A stretch of 62,973 nt of DNA from Candidatus Micrarchaeota archaeon. GTDB taxonomy: Archaea; Micrarchaeota; Micrarchaeia; Micrarchaeales; CABMGC01. The stretch's first letter is position 1. Each line of letters starts with the position of its first letter. Below, piece by piece: positions 19,964 through 29,713 of this stretch. Location: the NCBI GenBank assembly GCA_021804105.1, contig JAJZKP010000003.1:1-62973 (forward strand), read 5' to 3'. The notes under the pieces are model-generated. The model was given only the letters and a program-made list of their open reading frames with translations. It was not told the origin of the DNA and made no database searches. The position numbers and the translations under genes were made by a program.

Positions 19964-21304
19964 ATGTCTCTCGAGATTTATGGCATGGAGGATAGCAGGA
20001 GCATCAGCCCCGCGGTAGCTATGGCGGTGGGACTGGGCGCAATAATAGGCGCCGGGATCTTCGTACTAAGCGGAACGGCACTAGCACTCGCGGGTTCCCT
20101 TGCCCTTCTCGCCTTCATACTTGTAGGAGTAGTAGCACTACTCGTCGCTTTCGAGATAGGGGAGTTAAGCTCCATTATGCCGCATGCAAAGGGAGCCGCG
20201 TACTCATACGTATTCAGCGCGTTCGGAAGCGAACTGGGCTTCATAACAGGCATACTGCTCTACTTCAGCTTCGCTACTGCCATACCCGTGGTTGCACTTG
20301 GATTCGGATCGTACTTTGCAAGCATGCTTGGCATATCAACCTCACTAGTCATACCGTTTGCAATGCTCCTGATATTCGTACTCGCAGTTGTCAACCTGCT
20401 AGGCATAAAGAAAGCTGCGAAGGTAGACTCAATGCTGGTAGTGATAAAGGTGGCAATACTCGGCATCTTTATCGTGTTTGCCTTAATCTATGCCATGGGC
20501 AGCGGTGCAGCGGCATACAGCCATTTCTCGATTGTGCCTTCCAAGGACAGTGTAGCTGCAATATTCGCTGCAAGTGTGGCGATCTTTTTCGCTTTCTCCG
20601 GGTTTCAGACCATAAGCACGTTCACTGCCAGGATTCGCGGTGGACCGCGGGCTGCCGCTAAGGCAGTAATAGGAGCAGTGGTGGTGAGCATTATCCTGTA
20701 TGTGCTGGTTGTGCTTGGGCTGATGTTCCTGGCTCCTGCTTCGTCGTATGGCATATCTGGGGACCCGCTCTCATTCGCGCTAAACGCATCCCATGCCCCG
20801 CGCTACCTGTTCTACGTAGTAGACATAGGCGCGCTAATAGCTACGGCCTCGGCTACGCTTGCGATGATGCTCAGCGCGTCGAGGGTGATGTATCAGATAG
20901 GAGAGGATAAACTCCTTCCTAGGATAGTAAGGAAATACAACCCTAGAATGGACGTTGCCTCGAATGCGGTTATAATCTCAGCAGTCATAGGAGTCGTGAC
21001 GCTCTTTGCAGGCAACATATACGTAATAGCTGCGATCTCCAACTTCGGGCTGCTCTTCTCTTACCTAATGACAAGCCTTGCGCTGATGCATTTCAGGAGG
21101 ATCAGGGCGCAGGCCGAGTTCCGCGCGCCATTCTACCCTTACCTCCCTATTATAGCCATAGTGGCGATAATAGCATTCATGTACGGCATGCCGCAGGAAT
21201 CGCTGGTTGTAGGAGTAGGATTGGTGCTCTCGCTTATCGTAGTGTACTATTTCCTCAGGGAGCTCCTGGGCAAGAAGGTAGTGAGAATAAGGCTCTTCAG
21301 GTGA
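19964..21304 (+). CDS. APC family amino acid permease
   Basis: GAIIGAGIF, GAAYSY, FFAFSGF, FRAPFYP. Confidence 0.92.
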   Translation: MSLEIYGMEDSRSISPAVAMAVGLGAIIGAGIFVLSGTALALAGSLALLAFILVGVVALLVAFEIGELSSIMPHAKGAAYSYVFSAFGSELGFITGILLYFSFATAIPVVALGFGSYFASMLGISTSLVIPFAMLLIFVLAVVNLLGIKKAAKVDSMLVVIKVAILGIFIVFALIYAMGSGAAAYSHFSIVPSKDSVAAIFAASVAIFFAFSGFQTISTFTARIRGGPRAAAKAVIGAVVVSIILYVLVVLGLMFLAPASSYGISGDPLSFALNASHAPRYLFYVVDIGALIATASATLAMMLSASRVMYQIGEDKLLPRIVRKYNPRMDVASNAVIISAVIGVVTLFAGNIYVIAAISNFGLLFSYLMTSLALMHFRRIRAQAEFRAPFYPYLPIIAIVAIIAFMYGMPQESLVVGVGLVLSLIVVYYFLRELLGKKVVRIRLFR

Positions 21305-21308
21305 CTGG

Positions 21309-21818
21309 ATGACTATCAAGAGGCGTAAAGGCAAGGTGGTTTACATTGTTGCTGGGCTGGTGGTAATTGTCTTCCTGGCTGCGGGGCTAACATATCTATT
21401 ATCGTCATCGCCCATGACACCTCTTCCGGTTCCCACGTCATTCACGGTAGGAAGTAGGACTTTTGCATTCAGCTCTTATGCGCTCAACATAACCGAGTCT
21501 GAGAAAGGGCTAATGAATGCAACAGTGACGAACAAGACATTTATGATCTTTATATTCCATAACTCGAGCATTTTCCCATTCTGGATGAAGAATACTTATG
21601 CTCCACTTGATATAATATGGATCGAGGGGAACAGCAGTTCTGGAAGAATAGTATACATAGTCAATGCCACTCCTTGCATATCGTATGATCCCGACCAGGC
21701 AAATTGCACGATATACACTCCAACTACTATTGCCGACTATGTAGTCGAGGCGCAGTCGGGCTTCGTGCAGAGAAACAATATCTCGCTCTACCAGCAGGTT
21801 AAGTTCAATTACAAATGA
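21309..21818 (+). CDS. DUF192 family exported protein
   Basis: N-terminal anchor; KGLM, FWMKNTYAPLDIIWI, YVVEAQSG. Confidence 0.85.
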   Translation: MTIKRRKGKVVYIVAGLVVIVFLAAGLTYLLSSSPMTPLPVPTSFTVGSRTFAFSSYALNITESEKGLMNATVTNKTFMIFIFHNSSIFPFWMKNTYAPLDIIWIEGNSSSGRIVYIVNATPCISYDPDQANCTIYTPTTIADYVVEAQSGFVQRNNISLYQQVKFNYK

Positions 21819-22559
21819 CTAGATAATGCGCAGGTTCAGCGCGCCTTTCAGCTTCTGGGCCAGGGCCTGCACTTCTGGATCCCGCATATTTGCATTGTAT
21901 TCCCTGCCGCGCAACAGTACCTTCAGCTGACCGGAAATTTCAGTTGCATGGTTTATATCCACAGGCTTGCTAAATGACTCAGGGTTTATTGTCCCGCTGT
22001 ACCCAACAATTATCCCCGACGTGCAAAGGTCCTGGAGCGCCTTCGTCATGGCCGGGGCAACATTGGGATGTATGAGGTATGAGCCTATCAGCGTGAACCC
22101 TGCTTCAGCAGCATAAGCAAGCCTGGCCCTGGCAAGGCTTTTGTATATGCCCATTCCTCGGTATTGGGGAGCTATTGCACCTTTCCAGAACGTTGCGCAT
22201 GTTTCGGTTGCAGTCTTCTTGTATCTGTCGCGGCCGTATCCAATAATTGCATCGGTATCCCGAAGCTCCACTATATGGGTCACGAATGACTCGCCATTGT
22301 ATTTGTGGCTGCACCCGTATCGTCTGTGCATATAGCGCTTTTCTTCAAATTCAGAAGCGGCGATTGGAGTTATCTTATCCGCAGGTACAGACTCAAACGA
22401 TTCCAGCTCTATTCGCCGCATACTGTTGAATTGCTCTAAAGTTAGGTCGCCGATTTCGCAGCAAACCCTGCGTATCTGGAAGCGGGGAAGATCAGCTCCA
22501 ATTGTGCCACTTGCCACTGCAGGCAACTGCCGCGGTAGGACCTGCGAATATATTGCCAT
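21819..22559 (-). CDS. GNAT-fold acetyltransferase-like protein
   Basis: IAPQYRGMGIYKSL acetyl-CoA-binding motif. Confidence 0.6.
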   Translation of the reverse strand: MAIYSQVLPRQLPAVASGTIGADLPRFQIRRVCCEIGDLTLEQFNSMRRIELESFESVPADKITPIAASEFEEKRYMHRRYGCSHKYNGESFVTHIVELRDTDAIIGYGRDRYKKTATETCATFWKGAIAPQYRGMGIYKSLARARLAYAAEAGFTLIGSYLIHPNVAPAMTKALQDLCTSGIIVGYSGTINPESFSKPVDINHATEISGQLKVLLRGREYNANMRDPEVQALAQKLKGALNLRII

Positions 22560-22607
22560 ATTTTCCGATTATCTGTATGTTTGGCCCTTAATAATATTTT
22601 CCTCGGG

Positions 22608-22922
22608 CTACAATGACTCCGAGACGATATCCCCGAATGACCTTACGAAATAGGTCACGGATTGCTTGACTGCGCGCCTGCCAAGTGGTGTTATCGAGTA
22701 TATTACAACCTTCCCCTTCTTCCTGCCGATCACAAGCCTTTTTATGTTCAGCTCCTTGAGTGCAGGATAGAGCGTTCCCGCCTTCGGTTTTTCCCCCCTG
22801 CGCTTCTCTATCTCCCTGGCTATCTGTTCGCCGTGCATGGATCTCTTTGAAAGCAGCCACAGTATCTGGAATGAGAGCATTCCACGCATATCGCAACCGC
22901 AGTACTCGCTCATACTGTGCAT
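22608..22922 (-). CDS. PadR family transcriptional regulator
   Basis: MHGEQI...GTLYPALKEL...YSITPLG. Confidence 0.88.
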   Translation of the reverse strand: MHSMSEYCGCDMRGMLSFQILWLLSKRSMHGEQIAREIEKRRGEKPKAGTLYPALKELNIKRLVIGRKKGKVVIYSITPLGRRAVKQSVTYFVRSFGDIVSESL

Positions 22923-23046
22923 ATTGGCAGTGTTATGTTTTATGTGTTATCTAGGCAGAGTGTCAGGCAGTACTGGCTGCTTCAGAGGGTAAGCTATATA
23001 TATCAGTTATAAGATATCGGTTATTAGATATCGAGTAGGTGATAGC

Positions 23047-23514
23047 ATGAAATATGATGATAGTAGAAAGGAAGAGGAGGATGGCTGGCACAGGAGCCCG
23101 TGGAATTTCGGGCGCCTTGGCAACGATTGGAGAATGAGGTTCGGGCAGAGGGGGTGGCTCAGGCCGTTGGTATTCAGGCTGCTCGAGGAAAAGCCCATGA
23201 ACGGTATAGAGATAATGAACCGCATGCAGGAAATCAGCCAGGGATGGTGGAGACCTTCTCCAGGGTCAATTTATCCCTTGTTGGATACGCTGGCAACCGA
23301 GGGGCTGGCAAGGAAGCGGCAGGACGGCAGGTATGAATTGACGCAGAAGTATAGGAAGGAGGGAGGTCCCTCAAGTCAGGTGGATCAGGTACTTGCAAGC
23401 ATGGAGAGCGAGGTTTCTTATCTCCAGGAATTGGCGCAGAGCAGCAGGGAGGAATTTGAAGAGCACAAAAAGAGGATAACAGGGATAGCACAGAGACTTT
23501 CTAAGTTAAAATGA
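23047..23514 (+). CDS. PadR family transcriptional regulator
   Basis: GWLRPLV, PMNGIEI, WRPSPGSIYPLL; GGTGAT SD. Confidence 0.9.
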   Translation: MKYDDSRKEEEDGWHRSPWNFGRLGNDWRMRFGQRGWLRPLVFRLLEEKPMNGIEIMNRMQEISQGWWRPSPGSIYPLLDTLATEGLARKRQDGRYELTQKYRKEGGPSSQVDQVLASMESEVSYLQELAQSSREEFEEHKKRITGIAQRLSKLK

Positions 23515-23524
23515 TGGTGCACAT

Positions 23525-24526
23525 ATGGCTGATGTAATAAGGGTAAGTGGATTGGGCAAGAGATACGGCTCATTTACTGCTGTTGATGGGATCTCATTTA
23601 ACGTCAAAGAGGGTGAGATCTTTGGGCTGCTGGGACCGAATGGCGCAGGAAAGACCACTACCATCAAGATGCTTACGACATTGCTTCCACAGACATTCGG
23701 GGAGGCAACAGTGTCAGGATTCGACATTAGGAAGAAGCAGACCGATATTAGGAGGATAATCGGGATAATATTCCAGGATCCCTCGCTTGACGACGAGCTT
23801 ACCGGAAGGGAGAACCTTGAATTCCATGCAATACTCTACAACATAGGCAAGGAGAAGCGTGACAGGAAGATAGGAGAGGTGCTCAAGCTTGTGGAATTGG
23901 AGGATAAGGCAGATGAATTTGTGAAGAACTACTCTGGAGGCATGAAGAGGAGGCTGGAGATAGGCAGGGGCCTCATAAACGATCCGAAGGTACTCTTCCT
24001 TGATGAGCCTACGGTGGGCCTGGACCCGCAGACACGAAGGCACATATGGGAATACATCAAGAGGTTAAACGAGACTCACAAGACTACGCTTATACTCACT
24101 ACCCATTATATAGAGGAGGCAGACTATCTCTGCAGCAGGGTAGCATTTGTAGATCATGGAAAGATTGTTGCGCTCGATACTCCTACTGCGCTGAAGAACA
24201 AGCTTGGAGGAGACGTAATATCAGTGCAACTCGGCAAAAAGAGTGGAGACAATTTCATTAAGGCGCTTGGGAAGCTGAAGTGGGTTAAGACGATGTCGCA
24301 TCACGATGACTTCGTTGACTTGACTGTTGAGGAAGGGGAAAGGAAGATACCTGAAGTAGTCATCCTAGCGAGGGAGCATAGTGCGGAGATTGCATCAGTG
24401 AGCCTTCACAAGCCCAGCCTTGAGGACGTATTCATACATTATACAGGCAAGACCATACGGGACGAGGCGGGGAGTGAGCTGGAGGGCATGCGTGCGCGCT
24501 TCAGGAGCAGGTCTATGAGGAGGTAG
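23525..24526 (+). CDS. ABC-2 exporter ATP-binding subunit (DrrA-like)
   Basis: GPNGAGKTT, YSGGMKRR, LDEPT, TTHY. Confidence 0.95.
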   Translation: MADVIRVSGLGKRYGSFTAVDGISFNVKEGEIFGLLGPNGAGKTTTIKMLTTLLPQTFGEATVSGFDIRKKQTDIRRIIGIIFQDPSLDDELTGRENLEFHAILYNIGKEKRDRKIGEVLKLVELEDKADEFVKNYSGGMKRRLEIGRGLINDPKVLFLDEPTVGLDPQTRRHIWEYIKRLNETHKTTLILTTHYIEEADYLCSRVAFVDHGKIVALDTPTALKNKLGGDVISVQLGKKSGDNFIKALGKLKWVKTMSHHDDFVDLTVEEGERKIPEVVILAREHSAEIASVSLHKPSLEDVFIHYTGKTIRDEAGSELEGMRARFRSRSMRR

Positions 24527-24528
24527 GC

Positions 24529-25284
24529 ATGGATACGAATGCAATATACGTACTCTGGCTCAGAGACATCAAGAGGTTCATAAGGGCAAGGTCAAGGATA
24601 GTTGGAGTTCTCATGATGCCGATAATATTCCTGCTCGGGCTAGGACTGGGACTTGGGAGCCTGGTAAACCTCGGCAACGGCGCCAGCTATTTTGAGTTCA
24701 TAGTCCCAGGAATAGTAGGCATGACACTGCTCTTTACGTCTATATTCACGGGCTCTGCAGTCCTGTGGGATAGGCAATTTGGATTCCTCAAGGAAATCCT
24801 CGTAACCCCAAATTCAAGGGCATCGATAGTTGTGGGCAGGATCCTAGGCGGCGGAACTACGGCTGTGCTGCAGAGCATACTCGTGGTAGTGATAGCCATA
24901 ATCGTAGGGTTCCACATGACCCTCTCAATAGCCACGCTGATGGTGCCTGTATTCATGGCGTTGATAGCGTGCACGTTCATAGGCCTCGGGCTTACCCTGG
25001 GCTCAATGATAAACGATTTCCAGGGCTTCCAGCTGGTGACAAGTTTCTTCACTATGCCGCTCTTCTTTCTTTCCGATAGCATCTTCCCAGCGTCTGCCCT
25101 GCCCGCAGCGGTAAGGTACATAATATACCTTAATCCGCTGACTTACGGTGTCGACGGATTGAGGAACGCGCTGATAGGCTCGGGAGCTTTCCCGATCTGG
25201 CTGGACTTTGTGGCCATGTTGATATCATCGATAGTGATGGTTGCAATAGCGGTATATGCATTCAACAGGACGGAGGTGGGTTGA
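24529..25284 (+). CDS. ABC-2 exporter permease (DrrB-like)
   Basis: DRQFGFLKEILVTP, NPLTYGVDGLR. Confidence 0.93.
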   Translation: MDTNAIYVLWLRDIKRFIRARSRIVGVLMMPIIFLLGLGLGLGSLVNLGNGASYFEFIVPGIVGMTLLFTSIFTGSAVLWDRQFGFLKEILVTPNSRASIVVGRILGGGTTAVLQSILVVVIAIIVGFHMTLSIATLMVPVFMALIACTFIGLGLTLGSMINDFQGFQLVTSFFTMPLFFLSDSIFPASALPAAVRYIIYLNPLTYGVDGLRNALIGSGAFPIWLDFVAMLISSIVMVAIAVYAFNRTEVG

Positions 25285-25803
25285 TCATCCCTTTCGATAC
25301 GTGCTATTGTAGTTCCTGTACAGCACAAACGCCTCTCCAAGGAGCAGACCGGCCGTGAATGCGAGCAATAGATCCGCACCGTACACTATCGGGGCGCTCT
25401 CGAACGCGCTCGCGGCCGCAAGTATTGAAGATATCGAAGTGGCTTCGCTGTATGCGGGATTGAGCAGGAAATCTATGCTTATCCGTATTACGAAAGCAAC
25501 CAGCCAGAGTATGGTTACCTCATTTGATCTCTTGTACATAACTTTTCCTGCCTTCTCAAACAGATTGGCCTTTTTTCCGAACAGCAGCCCGAGCGCTATG
25601 CCTGCTAAAGCAACTGCCGCAAGCACAGCGTCCTGCCAAGGCATCAGGCCCAGAACAAGGAATACGGTAAGGATCATATAGATCACAGGGCGCATGAACA
25701 GGCTTGTTACAGAGTATTTGGTGCCTTTCATGCCACGCCATGCCATCCTTGCAATGAAAAATAAGATTATTGCCACTACTATAAAGTCTTCTGATACGGG
25801 CAT
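25285..25803 (-). CDS. DUF1453/CcdC-like membrane protein
   Basis: Multi-TM; RGMKG...LFMRP and LWLVAFVIRI. Confidence 0.55.
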   Translation of the reverse strand: MPVSEDFIVVAIILFFIARMAWRGMKGTKYSVTSLFMRPVIYMILTVFLVLGLMPWQDAVLAAVALAGIALGLLFGKKANLFEKAGKVMYKRSNEVTILWLVAFVIRISIDFLLNPAYSEATSISSILAAASAFESAPIVYGADLLLAFTAGLLLGEAFVLYRNYNSTYRKG

Positions 25804-25897
25804 GCTGGAAGATTGAGGCTCCAAGTTAATATGCGTTATGACAGACTGCAGCAGGCCGTGATTCTTAAGCGTTACCATCTTAATAGCATATTATAGG

Positions 25898-26860
25898 GTG
25901 CTTAGGAGAATGCTCAGGACACTTAAGGAAGAGAGCAAGAAGGCAAGGATACAGCTACAATCGGCTATGGAGTACCTGATGACTTACGGATGGGCTATAT
26001 TAGTGATAGGGCTGATACTGGGCACATTGTATTTTCTGGGAGTGTTCAATACCGCTAATCTCGCACCTAGGGCTCCTCCAGGGGCGTGCACTATCTACAG
26101 GCCTGAAGGTCCTGGATCAACAACCAACCTAAACCTGGAGGGAACATGTGGCGATGTGTACCCGCAATTCATACTGCAATCACGTGGCGTTGGCGATTAC
26201 GTTGATGTGCACGGATCAGGTAGCCCGACCAGCATCCTTAACGTCCAGACCAATAACATAACGATAACGGCATGGGTAATGGTCCTAGGCTCGCCGTATC
26301 ATGACATAGTCGATAAGGAGGACCAGTACGGGATGAAGATAGATTACAATAATTATCCGCATTCATGCACGCCAAGCAACGCGCTGGGATTCTGCCTGGA
26401 GTGGGACACCACAGGCAGCTGGATAGGGCAGAGTTTCCCGATACCTGGAGCCAGCTTTGGCAAGTGGATGTTCCTTGCAGTTACGATGCAGGGAGATGAA
26501 AAGTTCTGGTACGCAAACGGGCAGATGATAGGCAACGCGATTGTGCCTGGCACAATCTCGTACGCAGACTCTAATTTTACCATAGGGGCGATCTCGACCG
26601 GATACAGCGGATATGGGGAGGCAGAGTGGTTCAATGGCTCGCTCTCAAACGTGCAAGTTTATGATGCCGCACTGACGCCACAGGAGATACAGGCACTTTA
26701 TGCGGAAGGTATAGGAGGGCCTCCGATAAACCTGCCAGAAACAATAGGCTGGTGGCCTCTCGACGGCAATGCAAATGACTACAGCGGCGATGGCAACACA
26801 GGATACATAGTAAACCAGACTTCTATAGACACGTGGGTGCCCAACTACCCTACTCCTTGA
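25898..26860 (+). CDS. LamG-domain surface protein with class III (pilin-type) signal peptide
   Basis: QSAMEYLMTYGWAILVI; LamG motifs FNGSLSNVQVYDAALT and GWWPLDGNANDYSG. Confidence 0.88.
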   Translation: MLRRMLRTLKEESKKARIQLQSAMEYLMTYGWAILVIGLILGTLYFLGVFNTANLAPRAPPGACTIYRPEGPGSTTNLNLEGTCGDVYPQFILQSRGVGDYVDVHGSGSPTSILNVQTNNITITAWVMVLGSPYHDIVDKEDQYGMKIDYNNYPHSCTPSNALGFCLEWDTTGSWIGQSFPIPGASFGKWMFLAVTMQGDEKFWYANGQMIGNAIVPGTISYADSNFTIGAISTGYSGYGEAEWFNGSLSNVQVYDAALTPQEIQALYAEGIGGPPINLPETIGWWPLDGNANDYSGDGNTGYIVNQTSIDTWVPNYPTP

Positions 26861-26866
26861 TCGTAT

Positions 26867-27598
26867 CTAACGTGCGGCCTGCACGCCTCTCCACCGCAGC
26901 TTGCCGCTGAGATCGTATGCTTTTGCCGTGCTTGCATTGAAAACGTTGCGCCTGAATAATGGCATTGCCCAGCCATCTCTCTCATTCACACTCACCCCAG
27001 TTATCAGGCCGTTGTAAGCAGGCATTACGATAAGTCGTATCTTCTTGTTGAACCTTGCGTATTCTTTTGGGGCGCCGTTGCCTACTCCTGCCACAAGCCA
27101 TCCTTTTGAGGCACGTCCCTCCGCATTCACTGCGATGTGCGAATGCCCTGCTATTATGTATTCCTTCTTCATCGCGGTCTCGGAAGGCATTGCATTGCCG
27201 TGCAGCAAAGCGATTCCGTCAATGATGAGCTCGTTTACCGGAAACAGGCTTATGCCTATGCGCCTCAAGATTTCGGAAAGATGCGCGTCGTGGTTCCCCC
27301 TGACTATTGAGATATCTATGTTTCTGAAATCATTGAAGAACGACGCAATGGCCTCGAATTCCTCCCGCGGTGGATAGCCTATGCTTTCCTTTATGTCACC
27401 AAGAAGCACCAGTTTCCTTGCCCTGTTCTTCTTGTATGTCTCAAGAAGATCCTGTGCCATGCGGTTTGTGGCGTTGGTAAAGTGGATTCCGGATCTTGCA
27501 AGCTTGAACTCGTTGCCTATGTGGAGATCGCTTGCCACAAGGATGCGGCCCTTCTTTATCATCAGCGCAGGGCTCCCCTTTATGAAAGAGATTTGCAT
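26867..27598 (-). CDS. Calcineurin-like metallophosphoesterase
   Basis: SDLHIG, LLGDIK, RGNHD, LLHG, GHSH; start reset to MQISF because the upstream extension overlaps the divergent protease. Confidence 0.9.
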   Translation of the reverse strand: MQISFIKGSPALMIKKGRILVASDLHIGNEFKLARSGIHFTNATNRMAQDLLETYKKNRARKLVLLGDIKESIGYPPREEFEAIASFFNDFRNIDISIVRGNHDAHLSEILRRIGISLFPVNELIIDGIALLHGNAMPSETAMKKEYIIAGHSHIAVNAEGRASKGWLVAGVGNGAPKEYARFNKKIRLIVMPAYNGLITGVSVNERDGWAMPLFRRNVFNASTAKAYDLSGKLRWRGVQAAR

Positions 27599-27656
27599 AA
27601 ATTGATGATGGCAAGATAAGCATATAAGTATCCGTATGGCATAGTTAGATGATATT

Positions 27657-28736
27657 ATGGCCTCAGCGGGATCGGTTGGTATAGGCAGGATATACGGCAT
27701 ACCAATTGAGCTCAACTGGATCTTCGTACTTATGATACTTTTCTTCTTCCTGCTCTCCCCGGCTTTTGGAATAATACTCATTCTGCTTTTCGTCTGCGTG
27801 CTGATACACGAGCTCGCACACTCAGTCACCGCAATAAGGAACAGGGTGAAGGTAAGCAGGATCGTGTTATTGCCTTTCGGAGGCGCATCCGTAATAGACA
27901 CGACAAAGATAAACTCACGCGTGGAATTCAACATCTCAATAGCGGGGCCGCTGATGAGCCTCTTCCTCGGAGGCGTATTTGGAATTATAGCAATAGTGCT
28001 ACCTCCGGGACCCATAGAACAAGTAGTGAATGAGCTCTTTATCCTTAATATATTCCTTGGAGCTTTCAACATAATACCTGCATTCCCAATGGATGGCGGG
28101 CGCATCTTCAGGAGCTGGCTGGAGAAGAAACGCAGCTTCTATGACGCCACCATGCTCACTGCAACGGTAAGCCGGGCGGTGCTCGCGATAATCATCTTAA
28201 CAACGATAGGGTTTGCGCTTTTCTATACCTCATACTCTCTGGGATACCGTGTGTACGTGGTGGCGATTACACTCATAATAGTGGTGTTCCTATATGGCGG
28301 GCTTCAGGCGGAGGTGGGTAGTGTCAGAATACGCAAGGAAACTGCAGGAATGAAGGTCGGTGCTGCAGCAAACAAACATTTCGTATATATGGAACCCGAT
28401 GCAACAATCGATGAACTTTATGAGAAGGTCAGGAGCTCAGGAGAGCACACGGTAATAACAAAGGTTGGCGATTCCTATGGCATAGTAAACCTGGCCAGGG
28501 CTAAGAAGGGCGTTGTTTACACTGTATCGCAGATATCTGTGCCCATAATCACCATAGACGCAAATGCTTCTGTTTCGGACGGGTTGTCAAGGCTCACGGC
28601 TGCAGACGTAGGCATAGCCGCAGTCAAGCGGGGCAGGACGCTTGTCGGAGTGCTCTCTTACCAGCAGCTGCAGACACTGATTTCCCTGCATATGCTCCAG
28701 AAGCGCAGGGAAACAGGCCCTGCTAGCCCGGGTTGA
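27657..28736 (+). CDS. Site-2 protease (M50) with degenerate CBS domains
   Basis: HELAH, AGP, FNIIPAFPMDGG. Confidence 0.92.
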   Translation: MASAGSVGIGRIYGIPIELNWIFVLMILFFFLLSPAFGIILILLFVCVLIHELAHSVTAIRNRVKVSRIVLLPFGGASVIDTTKINSRVEFNISIAGPLMSLFLGGVFGIIAIVLPPGPIEQVVNELFILNIFLGAFNIIPAFPMDGGRIFRSWLEKKRSFYDATMLTATVSRAVLAIIILTTIGFALFYTSYSLGYRVYVVAITLIIVVFLYGGLQAEVGSVRIRKETAGMKVGAAANKHFVYMEPDATIDELYEKVRSSGEHTVITKVGDSYGIVNLARAKKGVVYTVSQISVPIITIDANASVSDGLSRLTAADVGIAAVKRGRTLVGVLSYQQLQTLISLHMLQKRRETGPASPG

Positions 28737-29238
28737 GGACTGCATAGCAGGAGTCCACAGGATAGTTGAATGTGGATCCTATGAATTCTATTAGCGGAGT
28801 GGAGAGTACGTAGAGTATCAGCATTATTACGGCAGCTATGACAAGGCCTATTGCCCATCCTTGCATGGTGGACCTGTGCTGCCCTACGCTCGGGAGGAGG
28901 TGGCTTCCGGCCCATAGGATTCCACCCATGATGAATAGGAGAAGCGCGAGGATCCCTATGATGAATTGTATCTGGTATATGATCCTGCAAAGCTCTACAA
29001 CTATGGTGTTTACGCACACATAGCAGGAAGTAGCCCCTGCGCTTATGCAACCGCTGCTGCAGCTTGCCGCAAGCTCACACTGTTGGCCTAACGGGCATGT
29101 CCCCGATTGGCACACTCCGGACTGTGCAGTTACAGTCCCGCACGCCGTGTTAGGCGTTGCGGATATCGATGGTATGATAACTGGGGACAGCATCGCAGCG
29201 ATAAGGAGTGCGATATATGCGTATTTGCGCATCTGCAC
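28723..29238 (-). CDS. Secreted/membrane pilin-like protein with Cys-rich N-terminal module
   Basis: Signal peptide, Cys-rich segment, two TM helices resembling TrbC/VirB2-type pilins. Confidence 0.5.
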   Translation of the reverse strand: MQMRKYAYIALLIAAMLSPVIIPSISATPNTACGTVTAQSGVCQSGTCPLGQQCELAASCSSGCISAGATSCYVCVNTIVVELCRIIYQIQFIIGILALLLFIMGGILWAGSHLLPSVGQHRSTMQGWAIGLVIAAVIMLILYVLSTPLIEFIGSTFNYPVDSCYAVLNPG

Positions 29239-29242
29239 ACCG

Positions 29243-29575
29243 CTAGAAGATCTCGCCGACCACGGCAGTGACTCCGCCCTTGAGGCTATACGAGTCTATG
29301 CCGAATCGTGCTTTGAGGGCTTTTACGACTACACCAGACGTGTTTCCATGATAGCATGCGAATATGGATCCTTTAAGCGAGTCGATGTCTTCATTATTGC
29401 CCTCGATTAGGCTGCGTGGATGCACCTGTATGGCTTTGCTTGTGTCTAGTTCCAGGAGGTTCGCTATATAATCCAGCGGCTCGCTTCCCAGCCAGATTAA
29501 TTTGACACCATGACCTTTGAGCATCTCAGTGGCTTCCTCGAAGTCCACCTCCTTGACCCCGTTTCTCTCCTGCAT
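29243..29575 (-). CDS. Rhodanese-like domain protein
   Basis: FACYHGNTS and YSLKGGV. Confidence 0.75.
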   Translation of the reverse strand: MQERNGVKEVDFEEATEMLKGHGVKLIWLGSEPLDYIANLLELDTSKAIQVHPRSLIEGNNEDIDSLKGSIFACYHGNTSGVVVKALKARFGIDSYSLKGGVTAVVGEIF

Positions 29576-29713
29576 GATAAGTAAACATGCATTGAGGTAT
29601 AAAAGCGTTTTGCGCATCAGCATGTTGGTGCATCTAGCGGAAACGTATGATGCTTGACTCAAAGGCAATATTAGCATAACAGATATAACCTTGCTGACTT
29701 GATTAGGTAGCAT

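Noticed and set aside
27599-28105. N-terminal extension of the 412-aa metallophosphoesterase ORF
   Set aside because: Antisense shadow of the M50 protease.
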